In this document: positions 37,995 to 51,285 of the stretch, piece by piece
Layout of the letters: every line of letters starts with the position of its first letter
Position numbering within the stretch: position 1 is the stretch's first letter
Origin: Octopus sinensis
Taxonomy: Eukaryota
DNA length: 64,000 nt
NCBI RefSeq assembly: GCF_006345805.1
Contig: NC_043001.1
Coordinates: 62,930,001 to 62,994,000, forward strand
Direction: 5' to 3'
Position numbers and translations under genes: made by a program
Notes under the pieces: generated by a model
Told to the model about the DNA's origin: nothing
The model's input: only the letters and a program-made list of their open reading frames with translations
The model's database searches: none

Positions 37995-40400
37995 ACGTGC
38001 TTGGATAATAATAAAACCGATACTTCTTGCCATGAGGTAGGTTCATCTGAGACCCTAGACGGGAAGAGGTCCAGCTTTGATTTAAAAACCGCTACATCTA
38101 CTTTGTGCAAGTTCCTCAGACTCTTTGGGAGAATATTAAAAAGCTGTGGGCCCTTGAAACCCAGGCTGTTGCAGTAACTGGTCCTGAAGCATGATGGCAT
38201 TGCTGGGATCTTTGGCACCCTGCAGTGTCGTATCATTCTGGCATTGGTGTAGCTTTCAATGCCAAAATTTGGCACAATTCCTTCCAGGATCTTCCAGATA
38301 TATATTTCTGCATATCTCTCCCGTCTTCTCTCCAGGGAGTAGAGTCTTAGCTGTTTCAACCTTTCCCAGTAGCTGAGCTATTGCAAAGAGACAATCTTCT
38401 TTGTGAATCTTCTCTGGATTGCTTCAAGGTCTGCTGTTAATTTCACACTGGTGGGTGACCATAGCCGAGAGCAGTAATCCAGGCAGCTAAGGATGAATGT
38501 CTGCCAGAGGACCTTCATGGTTTCCTTATCTGTGGTTCTGAATGTTCTTAGGATCCATCCATCCAGTCGTCTGCACTTTGTCGCCATCCTGGTAATGTGC
38601 ACTTGGAGGGAAGTATCATCACTCATGTCGATACTCAGGTCCCTCACTGCCTTAGGCTCTGGGATTGAAATTCCTTGTGGACCGGTGTACCCTGTAAGTT
38701 TCATATTCAGTTTTGGATGCTGGTAGCGCAGGCCTTGGAATATTTCAGCATTAAACTGCATATTATTATCCTCAGCCCATCTGTAAATTGAGTCCAACTC
38801 CTGCTGCAGGTGTGCAACATTGCTGGGGTTCTGTATTTTCTGTGAGACTTTCGTATCATCTGCATAGCTTGCAAGGTTGGCTATCCAGGCATTTGAGGGC
38901 ATATCTGAGAGGGCCACTATAAAAAGCAGTGGTCCCAAGACAATGCCCTGTGGAACACCACTCACTATTTGTGTGTTCATAGAGGTGGCTCCATTACCCA
39001 CTACTGCCTGACTCCTATCTTTCAGGAAGTCATGTAACCACTCTCCAAGTTTTCCACTATGCCAAGGTCATGCAGTTTGTGACATATCATATCACGATCC
39101 ACCTTGTCAAAAGCTTTTGCAAAATCAAGGCATATTACGTCCATCTTTGATTTGTTGAGTAACTGCCTCAACACCCAGTCAAAATGTTGTAAGAGCTGGG
39201 TCAGGCAGCTCCTACCTGGTTGAAAACCATGCTGGGTATCACTCGGCAAGTTATTTTCTTCAAGGAATGCGATTAGTTTCCCTCTGACTATCCGTTCCAT
39301 AACTTTGCTGATGTGTGAAGTCAGAGAGATAGGCCTATAGTTTTTGGCATCTGCTCTACTTCCCCCTTTATGTATTGGACATATTATTCCCTCCTTGAGC
39401 TTGCTTGGCAGTTTGCTATTTGTAGGAAAGCTCCGGAAGAGAATCTTGAGGTGTTTTGCCAGGGCATGCTTACACGATTTGAAGAGGATTGTTGGAAAAC
39501 CATGAGGACCAGCAGTTGAGTTTGTGTTCTCTTCATCTATGGCTAGTAGTATATCTTCTTCACTAATGTCAATGTATTCCATTGTAACTGCCTCGCTGGC
39601 TATAGGTGAGGCGGCAAAGAAGTCCTCTGGTTTGTTCACTTGTCTGTGTTCCAACGGGGTAGTAAAGACACTTTTGAACTGGTCATTCAGTATCTCACTG
39701 ATCTTAGTTGGACTGTCTGTGAGGGAGCCATCCTTTTGGAAGAGGGGTCTTATCTTGTAGTGTACTGAAGCTGCTTCTTTCGTGTAATGAAAGAAGGCCT
39801 TTGGGTTTGACTTAATGTTTTTTATAACCCAGGCTTCTTTGTTTGCTTTCTCCCTCACATAGGATTGTTGCAGCCTTTTTTCAATCTCCATCAGTGTTGT
39901 TTTTAGGCGGGACGTTTCGTTACTTTTGGGATTTTGGTTGAGTTGATTTGCAACCTTCGTCCATCGTCTCATGAGGATCTTCCTCTCCCTTGGAATCTTG
40001 CTCCTATTTGTTTTAGCCTTGTGTTCTGGGACATATTTCTGGCATATGGCTTGCACAGAAGATATGAAACATTCTAGTTTCATGTCAATGTCTGGTATGG
40101 AGAGACATTTCAGTCCTCTCTGAGGACTCTTTTCGGATCGATTTCCAATCTGCTTTGTGGAAGATTTCAGAGTGCTTCCATTAGGCTGTATGTCTCTGGT
40201 TACTTTCGGCCCAAACATAGACAGCTCTATTATGTTGTGATCTGAGACTAATGTCGGTGTCACTTTCACATCGTGAATGATGCCCATATTGTTCATGAAG
40301 CAGAGATCCAGAATGTTATTCGCCCTAGTTGGTATGAGTACAGCTTACTCTATGAATAGGGCATTGGTGAGGTTGAGCAGGGACTCCACCTGTGCTTGCT
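37995..40400 (-). mobile_element. CR1-group LINE ORF2 fragment (end of EN + RT), decayed
   Basis: VSDHN, NYRPISLTS, DFAKAFDKV, VSGVPQGIVLGPLLF, YADDTK. Confidence 0.9.
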
Positions 40401-40875
40401 TGCATTCCAAGATGAACAAAAAAATTAAATGTAGACATAAGTTAAATTATTTATATAAGTTTAGCTAATTTGTATATATATAAACCCTGATTTAGGTTAC
40501 TAATTTTTGTAGTTATAATTTGTAGTAGTATAATGAGTATAAATTAGCAGTAGATTATGTAGTGTATACTATATAATTAGAATAAGATTCAACCAAGGTG
40601 TTTATAAAATAAATAAATAACTTAATGAATATAAATTAAGTTATAGAAATTTAGTTTATATATTTTAGTTTTAAGTTATTGAGAAATTAAAATTTTCCAG
40701 TAAATGGTATATTACATCTAGTTTATTTCTTATTTTCACAGCTAAAATACATTTTTGTATCTATATAATCTATAGTTATTATTTATGTCATGTTTTCATG
40801 TGATAAATTTCTTAGAAACACTAGGTTCTAAGTTTAATGTTTAAAATTTTAGTTAACTAGTATATCTTACCAGTT

Positions 40876-41112
40876 TAAGGCGGTGAGCTGGCAGAATCGT
40901 TAGCATGTCGGGTAAAATGCTTAGCGGTATTTCGGCTGCCGTTACGTTGTGAGTTCAAATTCCGCCGAGGTCAACTTTGCCTTTCATCCTTTCGGGGTCG
41001 TTAAATTAAGAACCAGTTACGCACTGGGGTCGATATATAATCGACTTAATACCTATGTCTGTCCATGTTTGTCCCCTCTATGTTTAGCCCCTTGTGGGTA
41101 ATAAAGAAATAG
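40876..41112 (+). mobile_element. tRNA-derived SINE with 16-bp TSD
   Basis: Head ggcggtgagctggcagaa...gagttcaaattcc; TSD gtatatcttaccagtt at 40860-40875 and 41113-41128. Confidence 0.88.
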
Positions 41113-41939
41113 GTATATCTTACCAGTTAACTAAAATTTTAGTTAACTGGTAAGATAAATTACGATTTTATTTTTCATTAATATTGTTAAGTTTTATTCA
41201 ATTAGTTATTGTCAAGTTTATTTGTTAGTTACTTATTTTATTATTTTAGACGTGAAGAGTGGCTGTATTTTAGACCTGAAGAGCAGTTATAATTTTAAAT
41301 CAAATTAATTTTAATAGTATTGATTTTATTATTATCGACTTAAAGATATGGTCACGAAATGTGCCTAGTCAATTTAACGTTTATTTAATTTAGTGATCTT
41401 TTGAATAATATTTATTAAAGTATATCTTATTTTTTTTTATTTAATATGGATAATGTCTTTCACACCACCCTCTCTGTCCCTTTACTACACTCTCTTGCAT
41501 CTCTTTCCCATCCCTCTCTCCCTACCTTTCCTCTCCCTGCTCCCTCTAAGGTTCACCCCTTTGTCTCTCTTTTACTCTCTCTGTCTCCTTTTTCCACACC
41601 ATCCTCCATTTTTTCTCTCTGCCTTTATTCTTCCTGCTCCCCTAAGGTCCATCCCCTTGTCTCTCTTTTCCTCCCTGTTCCTTTACTTCTTTCTCCCTAC
41701 CACACCTCTATCCCGCTCAGTCTCCCCCCGCTGATATGCCATTCTTTCTCTCTTCTCTCAGGTCAATCCCCTTGTCTCTCTATCCCCCCTGGCTAATCTG
41801 CCACCAGCTTTTTTCTTTTCTCTCCTCTCCCTCTCAGGTCAACCATCTTATCTTTCCTTCTCTCTCTGTTCCTCTATTTCACTCTCACTGTATCTCGGGC
41901 GAAGATGTCAAGAAACTGGTCTGCGAGGGAGTTGCAATT

Positions 41940-44690
41940 GTTCGTCCGCGCCTAGAAGATTGCTGAGGGTGATTGCCAATCAATATCATTTTGTCGTTTT
42001 GCACATCAGAAGCCCTGCCAAAACTGCATGGACACAAGACAAAAATCCCTCCCTCGGGGAGAACAAAAAGAAAAAATATAGAAGAAGGAAAAACTGCGCA
42101 CTGACCACTCCTGAAAGACGATATGCGGATGTAGTGCGCAGTCCAAAAAAGATACTGCATAGCCCAACAAATGGCCAGCTTCACCCAGATGTGAGAAGGG
42201 CAGCAGCTGAACAGCAATCTTTTTTGTGCATGGCACAAAAAATTGTCCAGCAGCTGACCTGGTTACAAACACGAAGCTGGAACTACCACCACATAAGGCC
42301 ACCACCAACAGATGCAGGATGGCCACCACAGACACCAACACACACGCCACAAAAATATTTCTACTGAACGTAGAAGGGCTGCTGCGCGGCAACTGTAAAA
42401 GGAAAATCTCATTCCTGAGAGACCTTGTGGCATGCAATCAAGCTATATGCATGGCACTCATAGAAACGGATCTTGGACCCGATATAGGGGATGCAGAAAT
42501 ACACATACCGCAATATGCTGTCATACGCTCAGATAGAAAAGGGAGGAGCCATGGTGGAGTTGCAGTGTACATCCGAGATGACCTCACGCCCCAGGTCCTG
42601 CTGTCATATTCAAACTCAGTGTGTGACACTCAAATTGTACACATAAGACAACTGAATATCATCATATGTACTACATATTGCCCACCGGATGCCCCAAATC
42701 ACACAGGCATGTTTGAAGACTGCCTAACAAAAATAGAAGTTCTCACCAACCTGGAACAAAACAACTGTATTCTTCATGGGTGACTTTAACTTCCCCAATG
42801 TGGAAAGGCCTGGGGGGCAGATGCTCCATCAGCAGGCACAGGCAGATTCCCTTCTCCATCTCACAAATACCTCTTTCATGGAGCAACTAGTGCTGCAACC
42901 AACAAGGGCAGATAATATACTGGATCTCTGCTTCACAAACAATATGGATATTATCCATAATATTAAAGTGATGCCGACAATGATCTCGGATCACAACATA
43001 ATAGAGCTGTCTATGTATGGACCAAAAGCCCCCGCAGACACACAGCCTATACGAAGCATCCACCATCTCTCCAACTTAAACTTTCATAAAGTAAATTGGA
43101 AGTTGATCGAGAAAGATTTTCAAGCAGGATTGGCCTAAATGTCTCTCCACACCGGACATTGATATGAAACACAAACGCTTCATGTCCATGATACAAGCCA
43201 TATGTTACAAATATGTCCCAGTGTGCAGGGCCAGCACACACAAAGACAAAAACAGGATCCCTAGAGAAAGGAAGATTCTTATGAGACGACAGACAAGGAT
43301 TGCGAACCGCCTGAGCAAGCACACCAAAAGTGGTGAGAAGTCTCGGCTCGAGAGAATGCTAATGGAAATTGAGAAAAGTCTGCATCAGTATCATGAAAAG
43401 GAGAGAGCAGAGAAAGAAGCTTGGGTAATAGAAAATATCAAGTCAAACCCTAAAGCTTTCTTTAAGTTTGCCAAAGAGATAGCCACAGTGCACCAGAGAA
43501 TAGGACCTCTCTTCCAAAAATATGGCTCTCTCACAGGAAATCCCACGAGGACAAGTGAAATACTGAACGAACAGTTCCAAAGTGTGTTCACTACACCTCT
43601 AGGACACAGGCAAGTAAACAACCCAGAAGAATTCTTTGCCACTTTACCTGCGGCCAAAGAGGCCAAAATTGAGTACATCAACATTGAAGATGATGATATC
43701 ACATTGGCCATAGATGAGATTGACACAAACTCAGCTGCTGGACCTGATGGATTTCCAGCGATCCTTCTCAAATCGTGCAAACAAGCCCTTGCAAAACTGC
43801 TACAGCTTCTTTTTCAGAGCTCTCTTGCAAATGGTAAGCTCCCAGTCAAATTGAAAGAGCGGGTAATATGCCTTATCCATAAGGGAGGTAGCAGAGCAGA
43901 TGCTAAAAATTATAGGCCTATCTCTCTGACCTCACACATCAGCAAAGTCATGGAACGAATAGTCCGCAAGAAACTAATCATGTTCCTTGAAGAAAATGAC
44001 TTGCTGACTGACATCCAGCATAGATTTAGAAGCTGCCTAACACAGCTCCCGCAACACTATGACTGGGTGTTAAAACAGCTACTAAATGGCTCAAATATGG
44101 ATGTGATATATCTCGACTTTGCAAAAGCCTTTGATAAAGTTGACCACAGTATGATTTGTCACAAACTGCGTGGTCTCGGCATAGGTGGAAAACTTGGAGA
44201 GTTGCTGCACAACTTCCTAAAAGATAGAAGGCAGGCAGTTGTGACCAATGGAGCCACCTCCAAGGAAACACAAATAACAAGCGGTGTTCCACAGGGCACT
44301 CTCTTGGGGCCACTGCTGTTCATAGTGGCCCTTTCAGACAAACCCACAGTTACTGAGATGGCCACCCTTGATAGCTATGCAGATGACACAAAGTCTGTCA
44401 CACAATACAAAACCCTGGAAATATTGCACATCTGCAACAGGAATTGGATACAATATACAGGTGGGCTGAGGACAACAACATGCAGTTTAATGCAAGTAAG
44501 TTCCAGGCCCTGTGCTACCGGCACACAAAGGTAAACGACATACAGACTGGATACACGGCCCGGGAAGAATTGCAATCCCTGAGTCAAAATCAGTGCGTGA
44601 CCTGGGCATTGACATGAGCAATGATACATCTTTCCAAGTGCATATTACTAATTTGGTGATAAAATGCAGACAGCTGGCTGGCTGGATTTA
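41940..44690 (+). mobile_element. CR1-group LINE (EN + RT, frameshifted, 3'-truncated)
   Basis: IFLLNVEGL, GDFN, LDLCFTN, ISDHN, DFAKAFDKV, GVPQGTLLGPLLF, YADDT; same family as 37995-40400. Confidence 0.9.
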
Positions 44691-44692
44691 TA

Positions 44693-44726
<34 letters not shown>

Positions 44727-44737
44727 TATATATATAT

Positions 44738-46655
44738 CATCATCATCATCATCATCGTTTAACGTCCGCTTTCCATGCTAGCATGGGTTGGACGGTTCAA
44801 CTGGGGTCTGGCAAGCCCGAAGGCTGCACCAGGCCAGTCAGATCTGGCAGTGTTTCTACAGCTGGATGCCCTTCCTAACGCCAACCACTCCGAGAGTGTA
44901 GTGGGTGATTTTATGTGCCACCAACACAGGTGCCAGACGAGGCTGGCGGACGGCCACGCTTGGATGGTGTTTGTTATGTGCCCTCAGCACGGAGGCCAGT
45001 TGTTGCGGTACTGGCTACGGTCACGTTCGGGTGGTTTTCTTATGTGCCACCGGCACTGGTACCACAAGGGTACAAATTCCATTGATGTACATCTATTTTG
45101 ATTTGGTTTGATTTGATTCGATTCTCACTTGCCTCAACAGGTCTTCACAAGTGTCACAAGAAGGAAGGTATGCACAGGTAGACTGACTACGTCCCAGGTA
45201 GGGGCCACGGATTATGGCTTCACTAGTCTTGCCGGGTCTTCTCACGCACAGCATACTTCCATAGGTCTCGGTCTCTAGTCATTTCCATGGTGAGACCTAA
45301 CGTCCGATGGTCGTGCTTCACCACCTCGTCCCAGGTTTTCCTGGGTCTACCTCTTCCACGGGTTCCCACAACTGCTAGGGATTGGCACTTTCTCACACAC
45401 CTATCTTCATCCATTCTCGCCACATGACCGTACCAGCGCAATCGTCTCTCTTGCACACCACAACTGATGCTTCTTAGGTACAACATTTCTCTCAAGGTAC
45501 TAACGCTCTGTCGAGTAAGTACACTGACATTACACATCCATCGGAGCATACTGGCTTCATTCCTCATGAGCTTACGCATATCCTCAGCAGTCACGGCCCA
45601 TGTTTCACTGCCATGTAGCATAGCTGTTCGTACACATGCATCATACAGTCTGCCTTTTACTCTGAGCGAGAGGCCTTTAGTCACCAGCAGAGGTAAGAGC
45701 TCCCTAAACTTTGCCCAGGCTATTCTTATTCTAGCAGTTACACTTTCAGCGCACCCACCCCCACTACTGACTTGGTCACCTAGATAGCGGAAGCTATCAA
45801 CTACTTCTAGTTTTTCCCCCCGGAAAGTGACGGAAGTTGTTTTCTGCAGATTTTCGGAGGTCAATGCTCCAGAGCATCTGCCACATACAAAAACTATCTT
45901 CCCAGTTAGCCTACCTTTGACATTGCTGCACCTCTTATGTGTCCATAGCTTACACTGGGTACATCTTATAGAGTTTCTACCCACACCTTTTCTGCAGATC
46001 GAGCAGGGCCATCTTCCTGAGGATATTTGTGGATTGTCTACCTTTCTACTTATTAGTACTTTGGTTTTAGCTAGGTTGACTCTAAGGCCCCTCGATTCTA
46101 AACCCTCCTTCCACACCTGGAACTTCTCCTCCAGTTCTGATAGTGACTCAGCAATTAGAGCGAGGTCGTCAGCATAGAGGAGCTCCCAGGGGCAACCTGT
46201 CTTGAATTCCTCCACAATTGCCTGGAGAACTATGATAAATAGGAGGGGGCTGAGTACTGAACCCTGGTGGACCCCAACCTCTACTTTGAATTCTTCTGTG
46301 TACATGTTGCCAACTCTAACCTTACTTACGGCATCTCTGTACATGGCTTGCACAGCCCTCACCAGCCATTCATCTATCCCTAGTTTCCTCATTGACCACC
46401 AGATGAGGGATCGGGGGACCCTATCAAAGGCTTTCTCCATGTCAACGAAAGCCAGGTACAGGGGCTTATCTTTGGCTAGGTATTTCTCTTGCAGCTGCCT
46501 TACCAGGAATATAGCATCAGTGGTGCTTTTCCCTGGGACAAACCCAAACTGCATCTCATCTAAACTAACTCTCTCTCTAATTAGTTGGGCTATGACCCTC
46601 TCCGTAACCTTCATTACCTAATCCAACAGCTTGATACCTCTGTAATTATTTGTGT
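44738..46655 (-). mobile_element. RTE-clade LINE, 5'-truncated, RT C-terminal half open
   Basis: ORF 45223-46614 (463 aa) closely similar to the 254-3420 copy, with YADD; (TGA)n tail read as (CAT)n at ~44738-44757. Confidence 0.93.
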
Positions 46656-46758
46656 GTATATATATATATGTGTATATATGTATATGTGTATATATGTCTA
46701 TGTGTATATATGCATATATATGTATATGTATATATATATATACATGTATATATATTTA

Positions 46759-49085
46759 CTAGCAGAATTGTCTGGCAATGCTCGGGGCTGAATTGCTTGA
46801 AAGTATTGTTAATGATTGCACTGAATTATGATGATTATTCAGGCAAATATTGATATAAGTTTACGGCGAATGAATGTATTTGTAAGTGTATAGAAAGCCG
46901 TGTAAAGGGGTTCCTATCCCCTTGTAGAATGGTGAAAGAATTGAATGCGAGGTTGCCTTGAAAAGAGCCATGTTATTGTTCTCATAATTGTAAGAATTTG
47001 ATAGTCGTGGAAGGCGGTGCTGTTACAAAACTTCATGCTGTGTTAAAAGAGAATGGATGCCCTATGTAGGCAAGAGGGGAATGAAGCATGGGTACGTAAA
47101 TATGGGTAATTTATAAAATATAGAACAATAGCATCTACTCACCATATGTCAGACCGGCAAGACCGTAATGGTACTGAATAGATGAATCACAACACAGTGG
47201 TGGAGATGTTTTCATTGATGGGCGTTATGATTAAATTTGTTGTTGTATAAAATGATCTGTTGCTTAGTTACCAAAGTGTATGTTGCGATCATGTTGTCGC
47301 TTATGTAAACTTTAACAGTGAGAGTGTAGATGTAGGGGGTAGATGTGTCATGTACGTTGGATATAGAAGATGAGGCTGGTGGTTTGATGATGAATGGATA
47401 GAAATAGAGGTGAGCGAAGGACAGGTGTTGGTTAAGTGTGAATTAATGTCATGAAACGCCTAAAAATGTAAATGCCATCATAAAAGAGAGTCGTATGTAA
47501 GTGAAATACTAACGTGTTTGAAAATGATGAAACATAGTAATCCTATAAAACCTCCTTGTACACAATGTTTTTTGTTTTTCGTTGTGGAAGGAATGCGAAA
47601 GCATCACTGTTGCTGCCAACACGCGAGCAGGCAACATAAAGCTGACCATGAGAGAAACATAGCTCTCCCAAATGTATTCCCGCCACAGACAGTGTTTGAC
47701 CCTGCGCTTTGTTAATTGACATTGCGAAACATGGCCTTACTGGGAACTGGGACCTCCGAAATATGAAAGGTAGGTCTGCTCCTATTGGGAAAAGATGCAT
47801 CCTAGGTATGAGCACAACGTTGCCTTGACCGCACCCTGTGATAATGGTGGCCTCATTCAGATTGGGAGATAAGGACTTAACGATCAAACGTGTGCCATTG
47901 CATTGTTTGGGAGATTAACGATCAAACGTGTGCCATTGCATTGTTTTGGGAGAATCAAATTTCTAATGAGCATTATAGGGGCACCAACTTTAAGTTTGAG
48001 AATGTGTAGTGGTAGTCCGGGGGGGGGGGGGGGCTCAAAGGAATTGAGTACCTCTATTGGATAGTTGATGACGTCCTCTGGGTCAGGAGTTGTATCGATA
48101 GACTTATATACATAGACATCCCCAGGAATGAGTTTTAGCATTTCATCATTAATATGGTGAACAGTTTTATTCCTCGGGGCTAGAATAGCCCTTTGGCCAA
48201 TCCAATCCATATTCTGATAATTAGCTTGTAGATCTGGGAATACTGCATCTCTGAGATCAGAAGGCGTTTTAACAATGGTACAAATGGAATCGATGGCAAT
48301 ATTACCATTTTCATCTCTTGGTATTTTGCCTTCGCCAAGTGCAAGGAGGGTGTGAGAAAATGCTGCTGATGTGATATCATGTCGCATATGAGCATGCATA
48401 TTGGTGTGAAGTTTGAGAGTCTTCACCAGTGGCCACAATGTGGATGACTTAAGACACACACTTACTGCATCAGCTCTAGTCCTTTTGGGAATAACGGGAA
48501 GTGTTTGTCGGAAGTCCCCTGAAAGAAGAAGTGTTATGCCTCCCATGGGAGCTGAAGAGATCTATCTAGTGCCTCAAGAGCACCTCTGTGGGCCATCGTG
48601 CATTCATCCCAAATGATAAGCTTGCATCGTCTGAAGACTTCTGCCTGATTGGAGCTGTTACTGATGTTGCAAGTTGGTGTCTCAGTCTTCGCTAACTCAA
48701 GCGGGAGCTTGAAAGTGGAGTGAGCTGTCCTGCCGCCTGGCAACAAAGTAGCCGCAATTCCAGATGATGCCACAGCTAGGGCAATGCCTTGTGTTCGCCT
48801 AATCTCAGCCAATATTGATTTGTTGACAAAAGTTTTCCCAGTGCCCCCAGGAGCATCCAGGAAAAACATCCCCGCCCAGCTTTGGCCCGGACTGAATTAA
48901 CAACGGAGTTGTAAGCGAACTTCTGTTCTGGAAGGAGCTTTGGCTCATTGTCGGCTATGTACTCGGCAAGCTCGTCAACATTAAAACATGTCTCACGCAG
49001 CAAATGTGAAGGCAGAGTGTTTGTGCCTTCCCGGTTTGTTGAAGGTAGGCCATAGACCGGCAAGGCACTACCGCCCATATCAAGT
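46759..49085 (-). mobile_element. Helitron 3' fragment with decayed PIF1-like helicase
   Basis: DAPGGTGKT (Walker A), VASSGIAATLL, IIWDECTM, GDFRQ, QFPV..FAMSINKAQGQT, HGQLYVACSRV; 3' CTAG at 46759-46762 with hairpin remnant; 38-bp tandem duplication near 47878-47947. Confidence 0.9.
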
Positions 49086-49763
49086 ACAGTATCTTCGAAC
49101 GTAGTTTGTTACCACACAGCCACACCTGCCCCTATGTATGTATGTGTGTGTGTGGTTGTGTGCGTATATGTGTATGGGTAGATATATTATGCATGTATAT
49201 ATGTGTATATATATATGTGTACATATTACATGTACATCTATATATATATACATCTACACATAAAATACAAAATACAAAGTTATATCTTGATATCGCTAGT
49301 GATAACAATACTCAAAATATATAACAGACTGGAATTGTAGGCCCGTCTCTTGCAATTTCGATCAATTGGATCTTGTCCTCCCTCTTGTATAGAAGTGTAC
49401 GGCTGCAGTGAAATTCATTTTTGGACTTTCTTCTATCGAAGGCATTTTAACAAAAATGCCTCCATAAAGACGGTGAAAATATTGTCAATTTCCCCAAACA
49501 GGGACACAATTCAATTTTTAAACAATAACCAAAGCCCCTTCTCCGAAAGGGGGAGGGTTACGGTTTACAATTATTTAACAAATGCAACACAACAACGTTT
49601 CCCTGACGAGGAACCAACAAACGTGATTACAATAGTCAAACAGTTATAATAATAACAACAAACCTTTTTAATTTATCCCCATTTATGTGAAACCACTTAT
49701 TCAAGTTCAAGTCATTGATGCAATTTTATACGAATTGCTAATACACATACACACACACATAAT

Positions 49764-50185
49764 AAGGGTGAAAAATTGAATATTAATTTGATTAATATGA
49801 ATTGAAAACCAGTGGTGTAGCATATAAGACCATAGCAGATCTTCCTCTAGCAAAAAGGATGACCAGTATTAATGGCTTATCCCTGTTATATAATATTTTC
49901 ACTTTAATAGTTTCACACTTGCAAAGAGAAAGTAGGGGAAAGTGTGGTGGTAATAGCAGGAGTAAACCACTTGAAATGAGAGAGGCAAATCATAAAATAT
50001 TGAGTTTTCTCTAATTTTTGCTTAATTGGGGGTCAAATTGAAAAAACTTTACATGCCATGACCCAATCGAATCTACTTAGAAAAATCATAGGTAAATTCC
50101 AATTGAAGAAATTCTATATTGTAGAATTGTATTAAAAAGAAACATGGGAACAGGCAGAGAAAATCTGCCTTTCATCATAAGAGAT
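49764..50185. mobile_element. Possible PLE-type pseudo-LTR fragment
   Basis: Starts aagggtgaaaaattgaatattaattt, like the 4273 and 17881 ends; no convincing HHR found. Confidence 0.4.
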
Positions 50186-50199
50186 ATATATATGTGTAT

Positions 50200-50600
50200 A
50201 TCATCATCATCATCGTTTAACATCCGCTTTCTATGCTAGCATGGGTTGGACGATTTGACTAATGTCTGGTGAACCAGATGGCTGCTCCAGACTCCAATCT
50301 AATCTGGCAGAGTTTCTACAGCTGGATGCCCTTCCTAACGCCAACCACTCCAAGAGTATAGTTGGTGCCTTTATGTGCTACCACACGAGGACCAGTCAGG
50401 CGGTACTGGCAACTGCCATGCTCAAATGGTGCTTTTTATGTACAGAAGCTAGTCCAGCGGCATTGGCAACGACCTCGCTCGAATGGTTTTTCACATGCCA
50501 CTAGCACAGGTGCAAGTAAGGCGACGCAGGTAATGATCACGGAAGCCAGCTTGTTGCATTAGCAATCATCTCAATCATATGGTACTCTTAATGCTCCACT
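50200..50600 (-). mobile_element. RTE 3'UTR fragment
   Basis: catcatcatcgtttaacatccgctttc...ctggatgcccttcctaacgccaacc, same tail as 3250-3420. Confidence 0.85.
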
Positions 50601-50609
50601 AGCACGGAT

Positions 50610-51058
50610 GCCAATTCATATATATATGTGTGTATATATATGCATGTATATATGTGTGTATATATATATATATGTGTGTGTATATATATGTGTGTGTATG
50701 TATATATATATGTGTATATATATTATGTGTATATGTGTATATATATTATGTGTATATATATGTGTGTATATATATTATGTGTATATATATGTGTGTATAT
50801 ATATTATGTGTATATATATATATATGTGTGTATATATATATATGTATATATGTGTGTATATATATATATGTATATATATGTGTGTATATATATGTGTATA
50901 TATATATGTATGTATATATATGTGTATATATGTATATATATATATGTGTGTATATATATATATGTGTGTGTGTGTGTGTTTATATACATATATGTGTGTG
51001 TGTGTATATATATATATGTGTGTGTGTGTGTATATACATATATATATATGTATATATT

Positions 51059-51089
<31 letters not shown>

Positions 51090-51285
51090 TTGTGTGTGTA
51101 TATATATATATATATTTGTGTGTGTATATATGTGTGTGTGTATGTGTATATATATGTGTGTGTATATATATATTTGTGTGTGTATATGTGTATGTGTATA
51201 TATATATGTGTATATATATATGTATATGTGTGTATATCTATATATATGTGTTTATATATATGTATGTGTATATATATATATATAT
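50610..51285. repeat. (TA/TG) compound microsatellite
   Basis: Direct reading. Confidence 0.93.

Noticed and set aside
47543-49078. Host PIF1 helicase gene
   Set aside because: Intronless, frameshifted and ending in a Helitron hairpin-CTAG terminus.
49340-49395. GATC-CAATT-GATC-GAAA stem on the minus strand
   Set aside because: No CUGANGA-like core or closing stem I; too degraded to call.
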